From NCBI RefSeq assembly GCF_009914755.1, contig NC_060935.1: 64,000 nucleotides of DNA. The stretch is one strand, 5' to 3'. This DNA is from the human T2T-CHM13v2.0 reference genome, Homo sapiens. The notes beneath the pieces were generated by a model that was not told the DNA's origin, did not search any database, and saw nothing but the letters and a program-made list of their open reading frames with translations. A program made the position numbers and the translations under genes. Positions 14,575 through 26,391 of this stretch are shown here, one piece after another. Within the stretch, counting starts at the first letter, position 1, and every line of letters starts with the position of its first letter.

Positions 14575-14905
14575 CCATTTGGAAAGTGTCTTGGAGGTCT
14601 TCTAATCCAGTGGTGGTCAAATATTTTTTATCTCATGACACACAACTTATTCTTCTGATGTTCAATATATGCTGATATTTTCTATTTTATCTTATTTATT
14701 TCATTTTAAAAACTCACGGATAAAAATCATTCCATTGATTTCATGACCCACTACAGATTCACAACACAAAAAAACTGGAAAACAGTGATGTAGTCTAATT
14801 TCTAAAATCTAAAGGACTGAGGGACAAAGAGGTGAAGTGACTTGCCCCGGGTAGGTTATCAGTGGGTATTGTTCTTAAACCCAGGTCTATAGACTCCCTC
14901 CCAGT
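14575..14905. mobile_element. hAT-Charlie-type MITE (~14608-14787) nested in a MIR
   Basis: CAGTGGTGGTCAAA ... TTGATTTCATGACCCACTA...GAAAACAGTG flanked by MIR sequence (AGAGGTGAAGTGACTTGCCC). Confidence 0.45.
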
Positions 14906-16835
14906 GGTTCTGTTCCCTGAAATCTACTAAATTCTGCCACTGCAGGACAGCTCCGAGAAGAAAAGCAAGTCTTAACTTAAGAAACAGGTCTTCTTGGGAC
15001 CCTGCTACTTTCCGGATAACAAGCCTGAGTACCTACATAATACAAAATGTACCCTTTGAGGAGAAGGTCAGGTGCTTTCTCACATAAAAAGCATTGTAAC
15101 AACTGGTGGTTTGAACGCCTCACTGCATTCCCATGCTGAAACAGTAGGGGCGCCATGCCTCCTAGTCTTGGTGAGCCTCCTTAAAACCTTAACACCCTGT
15201 GCTCTACCCCATCCTTTTCTTCCTCTTTCATTTCCTTCCCCCACTTTGCACCATTGAGATCCCTTTCTACTCACCACCCCCTAAACTTCTCCTTTGAGAC
15301 ACTGGACTAAAATCGTGAACAAAATAGGCATTCTCACAGAAACAGTAATTCCAAATTAAAACAAAAACAAAAGCAGTAACTTATTACACTATGAGAGACC
15401 TTTTTACATTTCTCTGCCTATATTTGCATGTTTTTAACATATTGAAAGAAGTTTTCCAAATGAAAGCTGTCTGATTGGTAACCACACCCATGTGTCCCAT
15501 GGCAGTCACTCGTGGGAGCAATCTTGGGATCTAAACAGAGTTTGTTTAGTATCTTTGTGTGGTATTGATCAGCATCATTGATAAAGTATGCACTGGATGT
15601 TGTTTTCCCAGATCAGGGATTGATTTGGAAGATGGTTAGCCAGCACCACTATGATCTGACTGTGGGCAGGCGGATCATCACACTGGGGGGACACATAGGC
15701 CCAAAGAGGATCCAGCAGATTGAATTTGCATTATGCAAGCCCCCTTTGAGTTTCACCCACTAGCACATGCTTCTGTGACAGTTGAATTACCAGCTATAGA
15801 ACTGGGGTGGCAGGAAGCAGGCCATCTCCATTAGCTTCTTTTGAATCCATTTCTTCATTTCCTTTGGCCCTGGGCATGTGGGCACAAACTTACTCGAATG
15901 GCCATATTCACAGAAGCACAACTTTCTACAGCAAGGTATTATCAGCTGTTGCTGTCTTCGGAAAGGCTTTATTGTCTCCTAGCTAAGGGAATCCCTCCTT
16001 TCCTTCCAGGGTTCACTACCAGCGCCCCACCCCCACGCATACATATACAGACACTGAGCTGTGTTTTGATATGTGAGGTGGGCTATCAGCTGTGATTTAA
16101 TGACGAGTATCACTGTCAGACTTTACAAAATGGAATTTCATCAGATGGTGAGGGAAGACTTCTGCATAGAAACTACAGAGGGAAATTTGACAGCTTTTTC
16201 CATTCAGTTATCAAAGCATTTGCAGTTCAAAGCAGGTGAAACAATAATGTAATCTTAGCACTGAATGCTCATTTGTATCTGAGTGTTTCAATAAATAAAA
16301 TGGTCAGGGAAATGAAAGCAGACCTGTTGTCTCCAATCCACTAAATTTAATATCCAGGGTATTGACTGACAGCTTTTTATCACCATAATTAGTATGGATT
16401 GTTCCTGAGGCCATTGATCAATCTTTCCTACCTCTATGGACTTGAGTGGCTGTTTTCTTCCTCTCCTGCCCTCCCCACCCTTTATTTTAATATTGATCGT
16501 GCCAGTTGTGTTCCACCGCAGAGAGGCTGCTCACTTAGGCAAAAGAAAACTCAGGATGAAGAGAGATGGCTGAGCAGCAGCCATTTCTAGGTGGCATCCA
16601 CCTGTGACATCACTCTACCTCATCTATGTTGACCTTGTAACTTGACCTCTTGGTACCAGTGACCTTCAGCTCCTCAATACGATAACCAGGCACACCGTCT
16701 TCCCCACTGGGTGGAAGTTACACAAAGACTAGCTACAGAAGCCGTGGTCAGGAAATATCTGTTGAATTCATGAATACCCCTTCTGTAATGTTGTCAAGCT
16801 AAATAAGGGAGTTTGGATAGACCAAGGAACACAAC

Positions 16836-16837
<2 letters not shown>

Positions 16838-16866
<29 letters not shown>
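16838..16866 (+). repeat. (TG)n microsatellite
   Basis: About 14 TG units seen directly. Confidence 0.95.
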
Positions 16867-16870
<4 letters not shown>

Positions 16871-17039
16871 TTGAATGTATGTGAATATCTATGATGTAAC
16901 CTGTTCCATATAATGCAGGCCAGAAACCTAAGACCTTCTTATTTCTCACCGAGCTCTTCCAATTTGATGTTGTCCTCTTCTCAGTCTGTCTATCACTAGG
17001 CGTATACGGTGTGTAGGTATACACCTCACTATCTCTTGC

Positions 17040-17640
17040 CTTAACTGTTGCCATAATTCACTATCTCATTTCCCTGCCTCCTGTCCTGCCTCACCTAACT
17101 CCAACCTTGCATCTTCAAATCTTCCACACAGAGGACAGGCAGGTTTTTGTAAAATATAAACTATTATAGTCCTTGACTGTTTCACATCTAAGATCCTTGT
17201 CATGGCACAAAAAGCTTTCTGTAACCTGATCTCTCCTCCCTACTTCTCAGCCCCATTTCCCACCATTCCTACAGGTCACACTGCTGGAAGGTAGAATTGC
17301 AATGGATCCGTTCAGTCATTGCCTGCTTCACGCCTCTAAGTCTTGGCTTATGTTCTGTATTTTGCCTGCAGTAGCCTTCACATTCTTTTTCTCCTTGGCC
17401 ACTCTTTCTCATTCTTCAGGAATTCATTCAGATGGTATCCCTTTCAGGAAACATTACTTTAGCTCCCAAAGTATCCGAACTATGACTTTTTCTGTCTTCT
17501 GAGATTTTAATAGAATATATACATATACTTTTTTATGCATCTCTATCCTATACTAGAGAATAAACCTGAAGGGGACAGGGGCTACGTGGTTTTTCGTTCT
17601 GTCTCCAATGCAAGGCACAACTCCTGGCTCCTAGGATGTG
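17040..17640 (+). mobile_element. L2 3' fragment
   Basis: Degenerate L2 3' motifs ending in ...GGCACAACTCCTGGC... Confidence 0.5.
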
Positions 17641-17751
17641 TTTCTTGCACTGGAAAGAAGTATTCCTAAGAAGAGAGTCAGTGTGCCTGAAGAGCTGGGG
17701 CATACATTATGTCAAACTGGATCTGTCTTGGGACACACAACGTGCTGTGCC
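17553..17751 (+). repeat. Local direct duplication, copy 1
   Basis: About 90% identical to 19321-19527 over the core by eye alignment; offset 1777 bp. Confidence 0.9.
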
Positions 17752-19320
17752 ATATAACTGCACCACGAACAAAAGCGAGGTGGATCTCACTTATTCTCAG
17801 GGTGGTGAGAAGAGATGGGAAAATATCCCTTCTTCTTATAAGCAGGTAGCAAGGTATCTTTCTGACCTTAAAGAATTCAGGTGTTGTCAACTGGTTATTT
17901 TCCACAGTGTGGAAGAGTTTTGCTATCTATACACTGGAGTAGTTTTCTCATTGGTCTTCCTAATGGAATTTCCCTCTGCCCCACTTTGTAGTACAGATCA
18001 CCCATTTGCATAACTTTTCGGAAGGATGCTTCCTGAGGGGAGAGATGCCATGCATTTCTGGGAGTGCCCCATGAGCCCACACTGACCTTAGACAGCCCCC
18101 TTGCTCCCAATCTGCAAGCTGTGTGGAGCCTGTCTTCCCTGTTCCTGGCACAGCAGCCTGCCCCAACAGTTACAGGTGCTCGCACACATCAAATGCCTCT
18201 TGTTGAGGCATTAAACCAAGTGCAACTTTTCCGAACTGAGCACAACAGAGCCAAATTGGACTGGAAAGGCCACAGGTTCCTCAGGGCCTCAGGGAGCCTG
18301 TGGCATCTACATTGCAAATTGGCCCCATAGAAAAGCAACTGATGCCAGGGCCGGCCTTCATTTCATCCCTACCATGCCTATTGTGGAACCGCAGGGGCAG
18401 ATGTTTCTGGAGGTGACCGCCTGGGCGCACACAGGCGCAGGCAGCACCTCCTCCTCACCGGCCTCTCTCCAGGCTTATGTAAGACAGATTGGACAGACTG
18501 ATACCAATTGGCACATCGTCCCTGCCAGATTGGAATCAGGCCCTTCTACCATCTTTGGGGTCCACGGTGGCTCCAAATAAAATGTACAGAAGGAATGTGA
18601 TTCTTAGCTACAGCCAATTTTCCCTTTGCTATTGCGCTGGCATTTCTAATCTCGGGCATTTTGTTGCTGTGGAGCACACCACTACAAATACAGTCTCCAG
18701 CTTAGGAACGTTGAGATTTGCAATCATGTGAAAATGCCTTTTCGTATTCCTACAGTTTGTCTGGATAATTTATTTATTTTAATGTATTATTTAGTGCAAA
18801 ACTATTAAGTGAGCTTCAGGTTATATTGTTACGTTGTTGCTAATTCAGTTACATATGGCTGGGGCAGGTGACAACAAGGAGGGAAGATACCTATGGCACC
18901 TGCTCTTTCCTTTCCTGAGATTTCTGCAGCTTCTGCATGTAGATACTTAACCCTAAAAGGGAAGGTAGTGTGCATATTTTGCCTCCTGGATTCGTGTCTC
19001 AACTGTACCACTGAGTGGCTGTGAATTTAGTCAAGACACTTAATTCTTCCGAGACTTAATTTCCTTACCTCTAAAGGTCTTCCCAGGCTGGAGGGTTAAA
19101 TGACGTGGTGCAGATGAAAATGCAGAGCAAGGAGCCTGACACACAACAGAGGGTGGGCAAATGCCTGTCCTCTCCCTTGCTGTCCCTTCAAGTGGCCTTC
19201 ATCAGCAGACCTAGGCATAGCACCTCTGAACTTCAAATAGTCTATTAGTAGCAGGACCACATTTGAAGTTATGCGTATGGTATACACCAACTTGTATGTG
19301 TGTTGTTTAGGAAGGTCATT

Positions 19321-19527
19321 CTACAGAGTATATCTGATGCAGACCGGGACTGTGTTTTTCGTTGTTGTTGTTCTATTCCCAGTTGTGCAAGGCACAACTC
19401 CTGGCACCTAGGATGTGTTTGTTGCACTAGAAAGAAGTAATCCTAAGAAGAGAATCTGTGTGCCTTAAGAGCTGGGGCATCTTTATGTCAAAGTGGATCT
19501 GTTATGGTGCATGCAACAGGCTGTGCC
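19321..19527 (+). repeat. Local direct duplication, copy 2
   Basis: TGCAAGGCACAACTCCTGGC.CCTAGGATGTGTTT.TTGCACT.GAAAGAAGTA.TCCTAAGAAGAGA shared with copy 1. Confidence 0.9.
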
Positions 19528-19750
19528 GCATGAGGCTATGTACCAAAATATTTACAGTAGAAATTTTTGAGTGATGAGATTATAGGATAATTTCCCTCCT
19601 TCCTTCCTTCCTCCCCTTCCTCCCTCCATTTTCCCCCGTCCCATCTTCTTTCCTTGCATCCTTCCTGTTCATGTATTTTTTTCGTAAAGTTTATATCTTA
19701 TAAAGTAGTAAAAGATACAAAAATACCCTAGCTCTTTAAAAATTGATTTC

Positions 19751-20205
19751 AGCCAGGTGCAGTGACTCACATCTCTAATTCCAGCACTTTGGGAGGCCAA
19801 GGCAGGAGGATTGCTTGAGCCCAGGATTCCGAGACCAGCCTGGGAAACATAGTGGGACCCCCCCCCACCAAAAATAATAATAACTAATAGTAATAATCAT
19901 AATAATAATAATGGGTGTGGTAGTGCATGCTTTTAGTCCCAGCTACTCAGGAGGACAAAGAGGGAGGATTGTATGAGACCGGCCTGGGCAACATAGTGGG
20001 ACCCCATTTCTACAAAAAGAAAAGAAAAAAAATAAATTATCTGAGCATGGTGGTACATGCCTGTAGTTCCAGCTACCTAGGAGGCTGAGGCAGGAAGATC
20101 ACTTGAGCCTGAGAGGTCAAGGCTGCAGTGAGCTGTGATTGTGGCACTGTAATTACTGTAATTACTCCAGCCTGAGTAACACAGGGAGATCCTCTCTCTC
20201 TCTCC
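19751..20205 (+). mobile_element. AluJ with internal duplication (three-arm structure)
   Basis: Left arm, (AAT)n linker, partial right arm, repeat of the left-arm end (19975), second linker, full right arm. Confidence 0.8.
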
Positions 20206-20213
20206 ATATATAC

Positions 20214-20218
<5 letters not shown>

Positions 20219-20270
<52 letters not shown>
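20219..20270. repeat. (TA)26 microsatellite at the Alu tail
   Basis: Perfect TA run counted directly. Confidence 0.95.
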
Positions 20271-20273
<3 letters not shown>

Positions 20274-22614
20274 CATGGGAAGCCAAATGAGGAGGGCAAC
20301 ATTTGAGTCAAACAAGGAAGCCCATCTCTGATGAGCTTTCACAATGTCCTCCTTCTTTCACCGTGAGGAGACCTCAGGTTCACTGTGTCAGCTCACCCTA
20401 TCTGACCCACATCCCCATCACTTTCCTCCCAGTGGGTGGAAGGATTCACCCAAAGCTCCAACACGCACAGCTGAAGGAGCACGAGTTGAGACCTGAAGTC
20501 TGAACATGGCTTAAGATGGAACGCCGTTTCCTGAAACCATGCCCCGTATCTCCAGATGAATAAACTTGGAACATAGAAAATTCCCAAGGGTGTGGAACAC
20601 TGGTAGGTTCAGAATAAATAAATATGTCTGCTTATTAATATAGTAGTACTGTTAGCTCAGAAAACTGTAGAAAAGAGAGCTATTAAAATTCAATGATTGG
20701 GAGAGAAACATGAGAAGAGAAATCAAAAGAAAGGGAAGAGGAGCATAGTAAAGAGGCCCATTAGGAAGTGGAGAAAGAAAGAAGAGGTGGGAGAAAGGAA
20801 CCAGAGGAAGACCACGGTAAGCAGGAGGAATGGAGAAAACAGTGGGAAGAGACAAAACCCCAGCAGGCAGCAGAGAAGCGTTGATCCTGTTTCCAGGGTC
20901 AGTATGAGACTTAGGCACTGCAGCAGCCAGACCACGTGACTAATTGTCCTTAATTGTCATGAGTTGACTCTCCAGGCTGGGGGTCCCAGGCACTTTTCTC
21001 AGATTGGTTGGCTGACACTGCAGGCTTCTGTCATCATGCAGCCTTGCTGTCTGCTTCATGCTGGCAGACATTGGCTTGAGGTCCACCTTCACTCTAACCA
21101 TCTTCTCCGTTTTAACCTAAAGATTGTTTCCATATCGAGAAAGAGGGGATGTTCTAGATGGCACCTGTGCATGTGTGGGAGGGAGGCAGAGATAGAGAAC
21201 CTTGTAACTCCCTCCACCAGCCTGCCAAGTCCCTGCTGTAATCCCAGGCCCAGCTCAGCAAGGGAAGCTTAAACCTAAGTCAATTTGAGGGTGGCCTGGG
21301 ATCATGGGCTCCGTGGCAACCAGGGTGGATATTGGTCTGTAATAAGTCAGTGAAATAGTGAGGTTCAATTACTTACATGTTCCCTGAAGCTGAAACAATT
21401 GCCATTATCCCACATAATATTGCTTGACCTACATTTTTACTTGAAAGCCTTCAGCTAACAATTAGTTTGAATGTTGAGTTATAAATGAACACATTCATAT
21501 TCCAGAAATGAAAAGGGAAAGGGGAGTGATACCAACACGGCTCCCTCTCTTCCCGCCCTCTCTTTCCTTTGCCTTTTGTATGATATTTCAACTTAGCTTT
21601 TCCAAGATGGAAGTCATTGGAGAGTTTGTCTAAAGGGGGACCATTCAGAGGTAATGAGACAACTGGGCTTTATCTGGGAAAGGGGCAGCTTGGTCGGTGC
21701 CAAGGAGATTTGAGCCATCTGGATTAAAATGGTCAAACTCTCCGCAGGAAGCAATTAAGCAGCTCCATGTGGAGAAGCCACGTGACCACGCCAAAGGAGC
21801 TGCCAAGAACAGGAGATTAGTAAACAAAGTACCCAGCAGGAGGTGTCCAGGTTGGTCACTGCTCTGGCCACTTGGCATTTGCACAGCTTCCTCTGTCTTT
21901 GGCATCCCATCTGTCTGTACCCACAGCCTACCTATAAGCTATCTGCAGAGTTTAAACAAACTCAGGCAGAACTGAGTTTATTTAAAATGTTAAAAGTCCA
22001 GGGCTCGGGTGATCGTGATGATACATCTTAGACTCACACAGCATCCCTTCCCAGGTGTTCTGGCAATGCCTCGGATGTCTTTGATGACTCTTCGCTGCCT
22101 GTGAAAAGCCCAGAGGTGTACTGCCATTGAGCTGCGATGTTTAATTCCCTGAGCGTGATCATTTAGCCATAGATAGTCACAACTGGGTTAGGAAGCATGT
22201 ACCTAGATTATTTTAGTGATTATTTTAGTGCCGGTCTTTGTGAAAGCTTGAGAAAAAGCTGAGTTCTCCTTTCACTCTAAGAATCTTTTTGTTTAAAAAA
22301 AAATCCATAAAAGGCATGTAAAACTCCCAGACATATGCCTTTTTTCATTCAGTGTACATTTATTAGCCAGGCACTGTATTAGCCCTTGTGGTTAGAATAG
22401 AGACCCGTTCTCATGGATGTTACCCCTGGCCAAAAGAAAGACGCAGAGGCATTGGGACTGTCAGCTACTCCCTACATAGAGTCCTCTTCTGATTTCCAGT
22501 CAAGTCAGTTTCACACAACACAAAACTAACTTTTCTCAAGGATTTGTAACATCTTGAAGTTTTCATGTGACCTGCAATGGGCTAATGTAGAATGGTAGTT
22601 CAAGTAAAAGATTT

Positions 22615-22618
<4 letters not shown>

Positions 22619-22647
<29 letters not shown>

Positions 22648-22947
22648 GAGACAGGGTTTCAGTCTGTTGCCTAGGCTGGAGTACAGTGGTATGGTCAGAA
22701 CCCACTGCAGCCTCAACTCCCCAAGCTCAAGAGATCCTCCCTCCTCAGCCTCCTGAGTAGCTAGAAGTAGAGGTGCACCACTATGCCTGGCTAATCTTTT
22801 TTTTTCCTTTATTTAAAAAAATTTTTTTTGTAAAGACAGTGTTTCACTTTGTTACCCAGGCTGGTCTCAAACTCCTAGGGTCAAGTGATCCCCCTGCCTT
22901 GGTCTCCAAAAGTGCTCAGATTACTGACATGAGCCACTGTGCCTGAC
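22619..22947 (-). mobile_element. AluJ
   Basis: Poly-T 22619-22647, then GAGACAGGGTTTC...GAGCCACTGTGCCTGAC. Confidence 0.88.
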
Positions 22948-23634
22948 TTTTACTTTTTTTGAATGAGTTAACGGCAGCTTACTGTGCAGCAATGTATCAT
23001 GGGAACAATCTATGATATGTTCTCATTGTTCCTAATGTTCTTGACTTCCATGACACATAACTCCCTAGTTTTCTTTGTCCAGCTTTTCTAAGCTCTGCAT
23101 GGTGCACTACACCATCTTGAATGTTGTCATGCTAAAGACTTCATCCTATGTCTTCTGTACCCTGTCTGCATGTACACACCTGGAATCTCTTTCATAAATT
23201 GATATCTTTGCTCCAACATCTCCACTGAGTTCCTGACTTATAGGTATAGTGATCTGATAGAAAGTCCCACACAAACATATAATGATCATTTTGTTTTACT
23301 CAAACCTTGTTAATGATGCCTACTCCTTCTCAATAAAGGACACCACCTTCCACGTTGTTGCTCACACCAAAATGCCGCATACAAACTTTATCCCTCCTTT
23401 ATCTTTCCTCCCCATCTCGTAATATCCATTGTTTCTAATCGATTCACACATTTTGTTGAGTGAACTTCCAAAATATATCCCCACTTCATACCTTTACCTC
23501 TATTTCAACAGGCTTTAGTTTAATCCGCTGTCATCAAAACGACAATAGCTGCATGAGCCTCCTAGCTGACCTCTTTGTTATCTTGACTTTCCCTTGATAC
23601 TCTGTTCTCCAAAAGAAAGGCAAAAACATATTTT

Positions 23635-23977
23635 TAAGGAATGAAATAGTGCCATTTGTAGCAACCTGGATGGAATTGGAGGCCATTATTTTAAGTGAAG
23701 TAACTCAGGAGCGGAAAAACAGACATCATATGTTCTCACTCATAAGTGGGAGCTAAACTCTGAGGACGCAAAGGCATAAGAATGATACAATGGACTCTGG
23801 GGACTTGGGAGGAAGGGTGGCGGGGCGAGGAACAAAAGACTACACATTGCATGCAGTGTACACTGTTCGGGTGATTGGTGCACCAAAATCTCAGAAATCA
23901 CCACTAAAGAACGTATCCATGAAACCGAATGTCACCTGTCCCCGAAAAACCTATTGAAATAAAAAATTTAAAAAAAA
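23635..23977 (+). mobile_element. L1PB-type 3' end
   Basis: GGTGCACCAAAATCTCAGAAATCACCACTAAAGAA...CCTATTGAAATAAAAA. Confidence 0.85.
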
Positions 23978-23985
23978 TTCAAATA

Positions 23986-24634
23986 TTTTTATTATTATTA
24001 TACTTTAAGTTCTGGGGTACATATGCAGGATGTGCAGGTTTTTTACATAGGTATACATGTGCCATTGTGGTTTGCTGCACCCATCAACTCATCATCTACG
24101 TTAGATATTTCTCCTAATGCCATCCTTACCCCCACTCACCAGCCCCTGACAGGCCCCAGTGTGTGATGTTCCCCTCCTTGTGTCCATGTGTTCTCATTGT
24201 TCAACTCCCACTTATGAGTGAGAACATGCAGTGTTTGGTTTTCTGTTCTTCTGTTAGTTTGCTGAGAATGATGGTTTCCAGCTTCATCCATATTTCTCCA
24301 AAGGACATGAACTCATCCTTTTTTATGGCTGCATAGTGTTCCATGGTGAATATGTGCCACATTTTCTTTATCCAGTCTATCATTGATGGGTATTTGGGTT
24401 AGTTCCAAGTCTTTGCTATTGTGAACAGTGCTGCAATAAACATACGTGTGCATGTGTCTTTATAGTAGAATGATTTATCTTTTAGTTATATACCCAGTAA
24501 TGGGATTGCTGGGTCAAATGGTATTTCTAGTTCTAGATCCTTGAGGAATTGCCACACTGTCTTCCACAATCAATGAACTAATTTACACTCCCACCAACAG
24601 TGTAAAAGCATTCCCATTTCTCTACATCCTCTCC
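23986..24634 (-). mobile_element. L1PA-type 3' end, 5'-truncated
   Basis: TTATTATACTTTAAGTTCTGGGGTACAT...; minus-strand ORF DWIKKMWHIFTMEHYAAIKKDEFMSF is the L1 ORF2 C-terminus. Confidence 0.92.
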
Positions 24635-24785
24635 CTCACCCCTTCCACCATGTGAGGACACAGCGAGAATGTGCCATCCATAAACCGGGCAGTGGGGCCC
24701 AACCAGACCCTGAATCTGCCAGCACCTTAATCTTGGATGTCCTAGCCTCCAGGACAATGATAAATAAATTTCTGTTGTTTATAAG
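24631..24785 (+). mobile_element. MLT1A-type MaLR LTR fragment
   Basis: CCATGTGAGGACACAGCGAGAA...TGAATCTGCCAGCACCTT.ATCTTGGA...AATAAATTTCTGTTGTTTATAAG. Confidence 0.85.
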
Positions 24786-25039
24786 GAAAAAAATTAAATA
24801 TTTTTAAAACATGAATCTTCTATTATATTGCTCCCCTGCTTAGAACCTTTCATACTTAAAATCCAGTCTACTTATCAAGGTGTCAAGACCTACACGAGTT
24901 AGCCCCTACTTTCCCCTCACCTCCATGTCCACTGTGTCCCACTGGGCCTCTTGGCCAGCCATGCTGCTCTCCTCTCGGCTCCGGGACGCCACATTTTCTC
25001 CTCTCTCAGCACACTGAGTGTGCACAGCATTGTGTACTG

Positions 25040-25196
25040 TACCCAATGTGTAGTCTTTTATCCCTCACCTCCCTCCCACTCTTTCTTCCAAATCCCAAAG
25101 TCCATTGTATCATTCTTGTGCCTTTGGCATCCTCATAGCTTAGTTCCCACTTATGAGTGAGGACATAAGATGTTTGGGTTTCCATTCCTGACTTAC
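25040..25196 (-). mobile_element. L1PB-type internal 3'UTR fragment, no poly-A
   Basis: Reverse complement of ~23700-23865, roughly 80% identity by eye. Confidence 0.8.
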
Positions 25197-26003
25197 AATT
25201 TGCCTGGTTCTCCCCTCTTCTGTCCCCCAGTCCTCCACCTGACAGGCTCCTGCTTACCATTTGGGTTTCAGGACAAATGTTACCTCCTCAAAATGGACTT
25301 CCTTAAAGACATAACAACCTTTCACTTGGGCTCAACTCTAGCCCAATGCCCTGTGTGTTGTCTTCGGAGAACTTACTGCTCTCTGCAATAAACTTGCATC
25401 TTTTTTCTTCCTGTTTCTCTTCTGAGTAGTGCATAGGCTCCAGGAGGGGAGGGCCTATGCCCTGTCTTTTGTGTGCTATACCCCAGTGGCTAGAACTTTG
25501 CTTGGTGCAGATTTGATGCTCAAAAAGTATTTGCTGAACAAATGAATGAATGATTACATAAGTGAATAATGCACTCTTCTTTCCATAATTTTGGTTTTCC
25601 TGGCACCAAAACACTTAGGAAATAATATGGTCTTCAAAGTTTCTGCATGTCTTATCTCTGCCAAGGACAGTTGCCTCTCCGGAGAACTGAATTGTCGACA
25701 TATGGCTGAAGTGTGATCCAGTGGACTGGAGGTATGCACTGAGTATATTCCTAATATCACGTTGCCCTGTGGCATGGGGCTTAATGCCTTTCCATTTTTG
25801 GCTGAAGGGCTTCACTGCAAATGCTTTCAATCATATCCATGTTTGGTTGAAATTTTATGGCAAAAGATAACTTAGAGACAAGGATTTTTATTTGAAAATT
25901 ACATTAAAATATACTGTTATTTCTAAATATATGTTCAAAATTTCAATGAATCAACACAGAGTTTTTATTGAACTTCTCTATTCACATAGCATATGAATTC
26001 TCA

Positions 26004-26391
<388 letters not shown>

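Larger units (their letters stand above)
23030..25560 (+). mobile_element. Fragmented L2 hosting several younger insertions
   Basis: L2 body motifs 23030-23630, continuing after 24810, with L2 tail TATTTGCTGAACAAATGAATGAATGA at ~25530-25555. Confidence 0.55.

Noticed and set aside
17553-19527. Direct repeats as paired LTRs of a small retroelement
   Set aside because: No TG...CA termini, PBS, polypurine tract or TSD.
23799-23826. G4 motifs in L1 3'UTRs (also 30416-30442)
   Set aside because: Standard G-rich tract of L1 3'UTRs, not specific to this locus.
24201-24383. ORF resembling the L1 ORF2 C-terminus (also 30099-30284)
   Set aside because: Fragments of truncated, inactive L1 copies, not genes.
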